Positions 40,936 through 51,670 of a stretch of DNA of 64,000 nucleotides are shown here, piece after piece. The notes beneath the pieces were generated by a model. It had not been told where the DNA came from. It made no database searches and saw only the letters and a program-made list of their open reading frames with translations. The position numbers and the translations under genes were made by a program. This DNA is from Octopus sinensis (lineage: Eukaryota), in contig NC_043004.1 in the NCBI RefSeq assembly GCF_006345805.1, positions 18,290,001-18,354,000 on the forward strand, given 5' to 3'. How positions within the stretch are numbered: position 1 is the stretch's first letter; each line of letters opens with the position of its first letter.

Positions 40936-43674
40936 CCTGCCTCCACCCATGGTGTATAAGTGACCAAGATCACAACACCCTCCACAGAACGGGATGCCAG
41001 TCCATCGCAGAGTTATTCATTTACACCCAAGAGGACTGCACTGAAGTGAAGCAAAATGTTTTGCTTAAGAACAGAACACACTACCCAGTCGGAGAATTGA
41101 AATTACAATCACAAGATTGTGAGTGCAATATTCTAAGCAGTAGGCCATGCACTTACATTTACCAGATTACAATAAAGAACAAAGGATTTAATAATGACAG
41201 TATTAACAAATGGAAGTAGTCAATGAAGAGGTGGGGGCAGGACTTTCACATTCTAAGTGCCTTAATGTCCACCAATTAAAGGATTAACTTTACAATGAGG
41301 TTTACACCAACTAATATAAAATAGCCACTGGTCAATCATTTTAATCTTCTACAGATTGATTATTTACTTTAATCCTTGTTCCAGATTTAAATTGTTTATT
41401 GTCCACTAATTTACTTTAAGGCAATATTAATTTTACCATAAAAATTAAAACCAACCAGCAGAAAAAAAACTCAGTAGTCAATGAAATTTAAATCTTTAAT
41501 TAGTTTTAATTAGTTCTTCGTCTGAAAAAATTGATGTAAACAAAAGCTCATTATGGTGATCTCTGTTGGAATATCATCCTACTTTCACTTTGTCAAATTA
41601 CAGCAGGCATTACTAACTTTCTCAGCAGCTGTGGAAAGACATTTTATATATTTTTATGTTCTGCATCCATCTTGTTTGTTGTCAAGGATATTTTGGGGTA
41701 CAATTAAGAATTATTTTTGTGTTGTGGTTAAGATGGCAACAACAAACATTGTAAACAATCTAATATAGCCATACCCACCCATGCACACACACATAATTAA
41801 AAACAACAGCACAAAAATTGTTCAACAACAACATGGAAATTAGCATCAAAAACATTACTGAACAAAAACAACAGCACAAAATGTAATTCTTAATTAAACC
41901 AAATATATCTTGATGACGAAGTGGCCATAACACTGAAAAAAATGATATTACAATGACCAAACGAAGTGACTGGCAGCTATCATTTGACAAAAATGAAACT
42001 GGCATGTTATTAACAATGATCAACCTCCTTGTAATTAAATCATGAGAGAGAATAAATGGAGTGAATAAACGAACTTCACTTTCCAAATAATATTTCAGTG
42101 AAGACGCTCAACATCCATTTATGTTTACTACCAATTCCCAAATTCAGTATTCAGAAAGTAAAGAAGAGAAAGCGTCAGTGCCAAGATAGAGAAAAAAAAT
42201 TGGTCTTGAAGAACATTAGCTCTAAATATAATCATTGATAGGGAGTTGAGCAGACTTCCTAGTGCTGTTGTTGGCATCTTCTCCAGTGCCAGCAGCACAA
42301 TAAAAGACACTCAATCACCATGTTATAAGACGGTTGGAGATAGGGAAAGGATCCAAGCATAAAAAAAAAAATGTGCCAAACAAACATGGCACTTCTACAA
42401 CACAGTTGGGTTTGTTTAGCCTCTGCGTGTGTGTGTGTGTGTGCATGTGTGCATGCATGCATGCGCCTGTGTGCATTTGCCTCATAGCAATGCTTGCAAG
42501 TATTAGCTAGACAGCAAGACTCAGCCAGCCCATGCCAGCATAGTAAAACGGATAATGAAGTGATGATATGAAACTACTGCTACTACTACTACTACCACCA
42601 CTACTATAATTACAACTACTATGACTGCAGAGACAGAAGAAGCCAGAAATGTCAGTCACCCGCTCAACTATTAGTTGGTTGTTTGTTATTATATTTTAAT
42701 GTCTAGTGTGGATGTATGTGGGGAGAGTGTGTGAAAGAGAGAGAAAGATAGAGAGAGAGCAAAACAGAGAGAGAGAGTGAGAGATGGGGGTGGAAGCAAT
42801 TGATTGTTTTATATCAATCATTTTCAGTAATAAACATAAACACAGTTTACTTTTTCTTTTACTCGTTCCAGTCATTAGACTGTGGCCATGCTGGGGCACC
42901 CCACTGAAGAATTTCTAGTCAAATTAATCAACACCAGTATCTATTAGTCTTAAGCCTGATATTTATTTCATCAGTCTCTTTTGTAGGGATGTAAACACAC
43001 CAACACTTGTAGAGCAGTAGTGGAGGACAAACACAGAGACAACACACACACACACATGTAAGACAGGGCTTCTTTCAGTTTCCATCCATCAAATCAGCTC
43101 ACAAGATTTTGGTCAACCTGAGATCATAGTAGAAGACACTTGCCCAAGGTGCCACACAGTGGGACTGAACCCAGGACCATGTAGTTGGGAAGCAAGCTTC
43201 TTACCACACAGCTTGGTGAAGAAGAGGGTTAAATTATGAATATTTTAAATTAATCATTTTCTGTACTAAATATGAACACAGTTAAAATAAATAGTAACCA
43301 AACAGAAAGAACCCAGCATTGGGGGAAGGTGGGAGTCATGAATAAAATTAGAATTTTCACAAGCAAAACAAGTGATGAAACTAACTATATTTCATCGCTG
43401 ATGTCACTGGAATGCTTTTTACTTTTTAACGAGCTGCAAAGTTAATTTTTTCAGATGGGTATTGAAAAGCAGGTGGCGGAGAGAATTAATTAATTTTTGT
43501 AAGTCTCTTACTCGCATATATTTTATTGATTTTCTTGGTAAAGGAATTCAGAATAGTTAGCACTGAGTCTGGATAATCACTCTTATCTATTGCTTGTTTC
43601 AGTCATTGGATAGCAGTCATGCTGGAGCATCACCTTGAAGGACCTTTATCCAAACAAATTGATCTCTGTATGAA

Positions 43675-43708
<34 letters not shown>

Positions 43709-44994
43709 CAGGGTGCAGTGAGTAAATTGTCATCTAAATTATGCAAAAACAATAAAAATAACACAATAACACTGATATCTCATTTTTAACAAATATATTT
43801 ACCAAAATTACATAAAACTATCTTGAAATGCTAAAGAGTAAATTTATTCAATAAAATCACCATTGGCTTCAACCACGGCCTCCAGACAACTTCGGAATCT
43901 CCTGCAACTCTTCTAGACGGTCTCCTTGTTTAAGTTGGTTGAATGCTGCCATAATCCTTGCCTTCAGTTCATCTTTGGTGTTACAAGGAGTTTTGTTGGT
44001 CTCTCGTTCAACTGCGCCCTATACATAATAATCAAGGGAATTGCAGTCTGAAGAGTTAGGTGGCCAGATGTTAGGGATGATGTGGTTGCAGAAATTGTCT
44101 GACAGCCATGACTGGGTTCTCCTGCTTGTGTGACATGGTGTAGAGTCTTGTTGCCGGATATAGGGTCTTCCAGCAGTCACCCTCTTGACCCAGAGCAACA
44201 CTATCTCCTCCAGGCAATTGATGTAAGCCTCCACGTTGAGTTTGAGGCCGTGCAGGAAGATGAATGGAGGTATAACATCACCATCACAAGTGATCACTCC
44301 AAATACCATGATGTCGACTGAATGTTCGATTTTTATCACTCCCGGTACATGTTTTGGGGACATTGCAAACCACACCGTCTGATCCTGACAAATTTTTCTT
44401 GTCTGAGAAAAACCAAAGCATGTTCGGTTGGGTGGCATGCATGAGTTTGTTCAAAGGCACCATAGCACAGTCTTTCTTCTTGACCTTGATGGCTTGGGAT
44501 AAAAATTGGCCCTTTCTTGTATGAGGAATACTGAATGTCTTCATGTACTACCTGCTTGATAAGAAACTTAGACATTCCCATGTCCCTGGTGATGGACCCT
44601 GGTGATGGAACGTTGTCAATCATGGCCTGGATCTCACCAATAAATTTAGAAGTTCTTTTCCTTTCATTCTTTTCCTTTCAGAACAATCAGAGTGTTTTCT
44701 GAGCTGCCGTACCTTTGTAATCACCATTAGACTCATCCAACTCTTTCCGAATCATCTGCACTGTCCTCAGATTGACACCCAAACACTGAAATGTTCGTAT
44801 TGGAGCTTCCAGCAACGAATACCAAGCAGTACAGCATGTAATTTCCAAATTTCTGAATTACGTCATGGTACTGTTTTTTTCACAGACAGTACCTAACTGA
44901 CCCTATTATACTGTGTAGCCGACAAAATCAAAAACAAACAATGCATACGAGTGAAATTAAAAATATAAAGTGGCGTAATTTACCCATTGCACCC

Positions 44995-44996
<2 letters not shown>
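43709..44996 (-). mobile_element. Full-length (1288 bp) decayed Tc1/mariner element, DD37D (maT) family
   Basis: TIRs cagggtgcagtgagtaaatt / aatttacccattgcaccctg; TA at the left end; transposase remnant inside. Confidence 0.9.
43844..44866 (-). pseudogene. DD37D (maT/Bmmar1-like) transposase pseudogene
   Basis: WFFSDKKN, IMVFGVI, QQDS...WPPNSSDCNSLDYYV with 37 residues between the 2nd and 3rd Asp; C-terminus EAVVEANGDFIE*; several frameshifts and stops. Confidence 0.9.
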
Positions 44997-45028
<32 letters not shown>

Positions 45029-45484
45029 AAACTTATTTTACTGGTTACTTTTGCCAAACTACTAAGTTACGGGGATATAAACAAAGAAACACCAGTTTTC
45101 AAGCAGTGATGGTGGTGGGATGACAAACATAGACACATATGTATATGTGTATGTGTTCATACACACACACATGACAAGCTTCTTTCTGCTTTCATCTACA
45201 CACATGCACACACACACACGCACGCGCGCGCGCGCGCACACACACACACACACACACAAATGAGCTTCTTTCTGCTTTCATTTACCAGATTCACTGAGAA
45301 GGCCTGGGTTTACCAACAGCTACAACAGAAGACACTTTGCCAGGAAGGGTAAGCAGCAGAATTGAACTCAAAACCATGCGGTCAGCAAATCAATGTCTTA
45401 AACTCCACAGCCGTCCTCACTTTTAAATGTGATATAAATAAAACTGAAGACAATAACATGACATCACGATATGGATAATCTTAC

Positions 45485-45540
45485 ACTTAAAGCCATTGTA
45501 TGAGCAACTGTTCAGGCAATATGTAAGAGGTCAACGTTTT
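45485..45540 (-). CDS. Candidate exon (KTLTSYILPEQLLIQWL), with an in-frame TAA just before a GTAAGA donor
   Basis: cagttttcag| acceptor and |gtaaga donor; the stop may be real or a homopolymer error. Confidence 0.35.
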
Positions 45541-45790
45541 CTGAAAACTGTTCCACACTGTTGCAGTTACAGAAAAACACACGATAATATAACACTAAAA
45601 AAGTAAAATAAAATAAAAATATAAAATAACAATAATAAATTATTATTATTATTATTGTTATTATTATTATTATTATTACGAAAGCCCTACTTTAAGGCTG
45701 TATAATTAAAGATAAGTGTCTGAAATATATAGGGTATGTATGAACATTGACTGGATAGAACACTCAATACGTGTTTAAGCTTTAACATAC

Positions 45791-45831
45791 TTCAAAACAT
45801 GAAGTGTTTGAATAGGCCACCAGCCACAAAA
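45791..45831 (-). CDS. Candidate micro-exon (41 nt, FLWLVAYSNTSCFE)
   Basis: actttgaag| acceptor (weak) and |gtatgt donor; phases link 47993-48024 to 45485-45540. Confidence 0.35.
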
Positions 45832-46261
45832 CTTCAAAGTCATTGTCAATAATATAATAAATATATAAAGAAAAAAATATATGTATGCATATATATTGTG
45901 TAGTCATTTGGTACAATTATGTAGGGCATGCGAGACGAAGCAATTTGAAAACAAACGATTGATTGTAGAGTGAATGAACGAGAGACAGTGATGAAAGAAG
46001 TTTGGTTGCTCGTTCCAAATTTTTCCATAAAAGATCTAGTGGCACAGTGTGGGTCTTGACTGTAGCAAGTACACCTATATAAAGGGGTCATTATGTGCGG
46101 TCTGCATGCTCAAACGCCATGCACCATGCACCACCATTGTAAAAAATCTTTATTACTGCAACTCCGTATCATTATTTCTCTTTTTCACTCTTTTACTTGT
46201 TTTAGTCATTTGACTGTGGCCATGCTGGAGCACCGCCTTTAGTCGAGCAAATCTACCCCAG

Positions 46262-46601
46262 GAATTTGCTACCCAGGTTTCGGTTAAATGAATTTTCCAT
46301 GCTGACGATAAACAAAGGATAATTCATTCACCTATTTATGTATATATATATACGTATATGTATGTGTGTGTATCTGTGTTTGTCCCCCCAACATTGGTCT
46401 CTTTTGCCCAACCGCTAATTTATGGGGATGTAAACACACCAGCATCGGTTGTCAAACGATGTTGGGGGGACAAACACAGACACACACACATACATATACG
46501 TATATATATATATATATATATACATAAATAGGTGAATGAATTATCCTATGTTTATCGTCAGCATGGAAAATTCGTTTAACCGAAACCTGGGTAGCAAATT
46601 C
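46262..46601. repeat. Inverted repeat, 133/143-bp arms with 64-bp spacer
   Basis: 46262-46394 is the reverse complement of 46459-46601. Confidence 0.95.
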
Positions 46602-46675
46602 ACGTCAGAAACACGGTTGAAGCGACCTGTCCAAAGGTAGAAACTCTGGGTTCATGTGCAGAAATTTGCGTGTTG

Positions 46676-46859
46676 TATATGAATAAATGAAAGAATGGAG
46701 TCGAACGAAGATGTTAACAAAATTCCTTTACTCTCAACATATGTTTCGAAGACAGCATGTTTTCATTCCTGAAAACATGCTGTCTTCGAAACATATGTCG
46801 AGAGTAAAGGAATTTTGTTAACATCTTCGTTCGACTCCATTCTTTCATTTATTCATATA
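46676..46859. repeat. Near-perfect hairpin, 90-bp arms, 4-nt loop (ttcc)
   Basis: 46676-46765 pairs with 46770-46859 with one mismatch seen. Confidence 0.95.
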
Positions 46860-46937
46860 TACATATATACATATACATATATATGTATATATATGTATAT
46901 ATATATACATATATATGTATATATATGTATATATATG

Positions 46938-46969
<32 letters not shown>

Positions 46970-47214
46970 CATATATATGACGGGCTTCTTTCAGTTTCCG
47001 TCTACCAAATCCAATCACAAGGCTTTGGTTGGCCCGAGGCTATAGTAGAAGACACTTGCCCAAGGTGCCACGCGGTAGGACTGAACCCGGAACTGTGTGG
47101 TTGGTAAGCAAGCTACTTACCACACAGTCATCCCCACGCCTATGATGTACAAGTTTATATATAATATATCTTCCCAAATGCAAGTACTGTCTAACTTTTT
47201 GGAAAGTTTGTAAG

Positions 47215-47660
47215 CTCTAATTGTGGAGGAAACCTGTGGAAGGGATAAACCCAGGAAGACATGGGATGAAGTGGTGAGAAAGGATCTTCAGAGAGAAAGG
47301 ATCTTGAGACACTGAGCCTCACTAAGGAAACGAAAAGAAACCAGGAATTGTGGCGATTTGCTGTATTTGAGAAGACATGCCAAGCTACCTAAAGTCAGTC
47401 ATCCATACATACAAGCTTGTCCTTTACAGGTGCCATGTAAAAAGCACTCGTGCCAGTGCTGTACAGGAGGCACCCATTCTAGTGCCATGTAAAATGCACC
47501 CATCACACTGTAAAGCAGTCGGCGTTAGGAAGGGCATCCAACCATAGAAACCATACCACAAACAATTGGGGCCTGGACAGCTAGTTGGCTGACCAGCTCC
47601 ATGTCAAGCCATCCAACCCATGCCATGGAAAATGGATATAAAACGATAATGATAATGACC
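47215..47660 (+). mobile_element. 5'-truncated RTE LINE (ORF C-terminus plus 3' UTR)
   Basis: GRDKPRKTWDEVVRKDL...LWRFAVFEKT followed by ggcgttaggaagggcatcc UTR and GAT/AAT tail. Confidence 0.8.
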
Positions 47661-47992
47661 GTCATTATGTCAACATATCATTCCAACATGTATGACAGGC
47701 TTCTCTCAGTTTCCATCTAGAAAATCCACTCAGAAGGTTTTGGTCAGCCTGGAACTACAATGGGAGACACTTGCCCAAAGAGCCACACAGTGGGACTGAA
47801 CCTGAAACCATGTGGTCGCAAACGAAACTTCTGACCCACACAGGCACACTTGCACCTCAAGTACAATGTTTAAACAACACAGACACTACCCTAAAGCACC
47901 CTGGCCATTATACTAACACCATTTCCCTTCCTTTCAGTTAATCTCTAAAGTAGTAGGACACCACAGCAAAGATTTATTCACAGTGAACTTAC

Positions 47993-48024
47993 AATTCATT
48001 CCAGCTGTTGCTTCCAACACTGAC
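47993..48024 (-). CDS. Candidate micro-exon (32 nt, SVLEATAGMN frame preferred)
   Basis: aaaactgtag|GTCAGT...TGAATT|gtaagt. Confidence 0.45.
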
Positions 48025-48164
48025 CTACAGTTTTATCTACCTTACCCTCACCCAACACATACCTTATACTATTTCCTTAATGTCTTATCTTTTATCTTTT
48101 GCTTGTTCCCCCACCTCCCGTAAAATTCTGTTGACTGTTCTTTGAGCCACTTCTTCACTACCTC

Positions 48165-48491
48165 CACACTCATCAGATTTATCGCCCTCAGACTATCATC
48201 ACTTTGGTGCCATGAAAGAGGGTTTGAGAGGTAAACATTATTCCAGTGACGAGGAAGTGAAAAGTGTAGTAAACAAGTGGCTCAAAGAACAGTCAACAGA
48301 ATTTTACAGAGCAGGGATGCATGCTCTCATTGGAAGGCGGAACATTGCTATTGAGAGAAATGGTGACTATGTAAAGAAGTAAGGATGTGATCCACAGAGG
48401 ACCAGCTTCATTTTGATGCATGATACATGTCCCTGTGTTGGTAATTATATCTGACCTAAACAAAATGGCATTACGTTTTGTCTCACCTTCG
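48165..48491 (+). mobile_element. 3' fragment of a mariner (DD34D-type) element with right TIR
   Basis: HSSDLSPSDYHHFGAMKEGLRGKHYSSDEEVK...GDYVKK* (YSPDLAPSDY-like); ends ...ttttgtctcaccttcg followed by TA. Confidence 0.85.
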
Positions 48492-48494
48492 TAA

Positions 48495-48536
<42 letters not shown>

Positions 48537-48566
48537 ATATTACTAATGAAAAAACATAAAACATAC

Positions 48567-48600
48567 ATAGAAAACGATACACATCTTGTAGCAGAAACAA
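48567..48600 (-). CDS. Candidate micro-exon (34 nt; all three frames open)
   Basis: tttcattagtttacag|TTGTTT...TTCTAT|gtatgt. Confidence 0.45.
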
Positions 48601-48829
48601 CTGTAAACTAATGAAATTCATGATTTGTAATTCTAATTCTTCTCTTACACACACACACACATATATATAGAACAAGAGGTAAAGGGGGTAAATAAATGGA
48701 GGCAGATATCTAGAAAGCACTCAATATTAAGCAATCTTAGTAAACTAAATCAAACAATCAGATACCAATATACCAATAGATTCAAAAGAGGAATTTTAAG
48801 AAATCAGCCCCAGCCCACTCAAAAGTACC

Positions 48830-49215
48830 TTGGATCATAGGGTGACATGCTGTGCTTGAGGAGACCTATTGAGTCAAGTACAACAAAATCAAATGGAAAT
48901 TGTAGTTGTGATCCTCGCACCAGTGGTATGTAAAAGCACCATCCAAATGTGGCCGATGCCAGTGCCACCTTGACTAGCTTCCCTGCCAGTGGCATGTAAA
49001 AAACACCAACCGATCGTCCTCCTCTGGCCCCTGTGCCAGTGGCATGTAAAAACCACCTACTACACTCTCGGAGTGGTTGGCATTAGGAAGGGTAGCCAGC
49101 TGCAGAAACAGTGCCAGATCAGAATGGAACCTGGTGCAGCCTTATGGCTTCCCAGATCCCGGTCGAACCGTCCAACCAATGCCCACATGGATAATGAATG
49201 TTAAACAATGATGAT
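48830..49215 (+). mobile_element. RTE LINE 3' end
   Basis: AVLEET-like ORF end, repeated ggcatgtaaaaa units, family tail. Confidence 0.7.
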
Positions 49216-49262
49216 AACTTGATCAATAGAGAAAATCACCTCTTTAATTGATATAAATACTT

Positions 49263-49630
49263 AGGAGTGGGAGTGTTGTAAATAGCTTGCTTACGAACCA
49301 CATGGTTCCGGGTTCAGTCCCACTGCATGGCACCATGGGCAAGTGTCTTCTACTATAGACTCGGGCCAACCAAAGCCTTGTGAATGGATTTGGTAGACGG
49401 AAACTGAAAGAAGCCTGCCGTATATATACATATGTGTGTTTGTCCCCCCAACATCGCTTGACAACCGATCTGGGCGTGTTTACGATCCATGACTTAGCTG
49501 TTCAGCAAAAGAGACTGATAGAATAAGTACTAGGCTTACAAAGAATAAGTCCTGGGATCGATTTGCTCGACTAAAGGCGGTGCTCCAGCATGGCCGCAGT
49601 CAAATGACTGAAACAAGTAAAAGAGTAAAG
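49263..49630 (+). mobile_element. Family A SINE, full length
   Basis: Head, CORE-like motif, tail ...gactgaaacaagtaaaagagtaaag. Confidence 0.85.
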
Positions 49631-49766
49631 AATATTGGTTAGACTGGCATTTGGGATCTTTTTCTTTATATCTAAATATGCTGGCACAATAGAAATGATC
49701 ATCAGTAATGCATGGTGTAATTGGTGGTGTACCCAGAAACGATCATAAACTCGCTCTCACTCTCAC

Positions 49767-49794
49767 CTTTCTTAACTAATTCAATAATGGCTTC
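49767..49794 (-). CDS. Candidate micro-exon (28 nt, EAIIELVKK)
   Basis: gtgtctttttcgctag|GAAGCC...AGAAAG|gtgaga. Confidence 0.5.
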
Positions 49795-49837
49795 CTAGCG
49801 AAAAAGACACACTTTTTATTGTTAATTTCCTCCATTT

Positions 49838-50208
49838 TCTTATATATATATAAACAGCAAAATGTCTGTCTGTGTGTGTGTGTCCTTTATACAAATCAAC
49901 AATTTTTCAGTTAGAGTGCTCACACTTTCTATGGTCATTCAAAACCATCCAAGGGTGGTCGTGCACATCTTTACATTTCCCCAGTCACCCCGCAAAGCCA
50001 TTAAAAAAAATCAATAGAAGTGACTTTTTTGTGAATTTTCTATCCAAAACCCAATCAAAATGCCCGAAACTTGATATGCCAATTTAATGCCAGCTAGCTG
50101 TATGTGATTGGTCGGAGATTTGGACAGTACTCACGTGTATGTGTCACGCACGCAGCTGTATATGCATGCACTAGCACTATGACCCAGCGTTACTGGGTCA
50201 TAGTGCTA

Positions 50209-50209
<1 letters not shown>
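49838..50209 (+). mobile_element. Non-autonomous Helitron-like element
   Basis: Starts TC-ttatatatatataaacagcaaaatgtctgtctgtg; ends in a hairpin and CTAG followed by T; the 5' flank base is T rather than A. Confidence 0.6.
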
Positions 50210-50293
<84 letters not shown>

Positions 50294-50386
50294 CATATAT
50301 ATATACACACACACACAGTTTATTATCTAAAATAAATCAGCCCTGAACAGAACAGAATTTGAAGAATTTAAAGTAAACCAACTTAC

Positions 50387-50481
50387 ACAGCATTAGATGA
50401 ATCTTGAAATTCAGACTCCAGTACATTTTTGTAAATATCAAGAAAATGGTAAGCATAGTCTTCAAAATACTTTTGCTCGTT
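50387..50481 (-). CDS. Candidate internal exon (95 nt, NEQKYFEDYAYHFLDIYKNVLESEFQDSSNAV)
   Basis: Very strong acceptor gtttcttttttcttttacag| and donor |gtaagt; protein-like open frame 0. Confidence 0.65.
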
Positions 50482-51368
50482 CTGTAAAAGAAAAAAGAAA
50501 CAAAGGAAAGAAATGATTATGCAAGAAAATATTATAAAGTGTGTAGATTTAAATCTTTAAAATAAAACAAGAATTCTACAATTATTTTCCTGTGTTTACA
50601 AGATATCTTTTTACCTTTGTTTGTTGTTGGTATGCAGTCATGCTGGAGCACTGCCTTCAAGGGTTTAGCTGAAGAAATTGATCCCAGTACACATTCTAAA
50701 TCTGGTATTTATTGTATTGGTCTCTTTTGCTGAGCCACTAAGTAACAGAGACAGAAACAAATGAACACTAGCTGTCAAGTTGTGGTGGGTGACAAACACA
50801 AAAAACACATACATATATACACGTGTACATATACACAAGCACACACATATATGCACATACCCCCATACACACACACACACACACACATTTCCACTCAGTT
50901 TTCCTCAACCAAATTCATTCATAAAGCATTGGTTGGCAAGGGACCATAGTAGAAGAGATTTGCCCAAGGTACTGTTCAGTGAGACTGAAACCAAAATGAT
51001 GTGGTTACAAAAGTAAGTTTCTAACCCACGCAGCCACTCAGCTAGGGAAGGATGCCAGTGCCATTGAGTCTTTCATGTTTGATGGTTGTCTGAAACTGGT
51101 CGGAAGAAAGGAAGAATTTATCCTCAACTAGCGAGCTGGCCAGAATGCTAACAAGAGAATGAACGCCCTTAAAATCACCGAACAAACGAATGGTGTTGTG
51201 GAACCAAACAACGGATTAAGGCTGCAATCCAAGAACTCATAATGCAAAGAACTGGAACAAGTACATCAAGGCATCCTGTCCAATGCCTCTAACTATTTCC
51301 CCATACTCTGGATGGACTAGTCCCTAATCTTTATCAGCCCAACTCCAACAAAATGACATACAAAACTG

Positions 51369-51670
51369 AGTAAAGATTGTTTGCCAACATAACATGGCAG
51401 TCCTGGTTTAGGACTAATGTTGCTGTAATTTAGCTCCAGTGACATCGTCTCCAGCTGCCTATACGACATGATCTATGTCCTTATAATCTCAAATAAGGGA
51501 CACAGATTGTGTCATATAGCTAGCTGGAGACGATGTCTCCTGGGGCTAAATTACAGCAACATTAGTCCTAAACCAGGACTGCCATGTTATGTTGGCAAAC
51601 AATTTTTACTACAAAGTACTGTTGCTGAATATCTCACGTTGTGAGAATTAAAAATTGGTAATTTTCTAAT
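51369..51670. repeat. Fold-back copy of the 351-bp repeat family (about 115-bp arms)
   Basis: 51369-51484 inverted at 51493-51610; the inverted arm continues across the unit junction to 51670. Confidence 0.85.

Larger units (their letters stand above)
46191..47141 (-). mobile_element. Family A SINE disrupted by an inversion and a Penelope-like insert
   Basis: SINE tail at 46191-46262, body at 46395-46490, head at 46980-47141. Confidence 0.75.
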
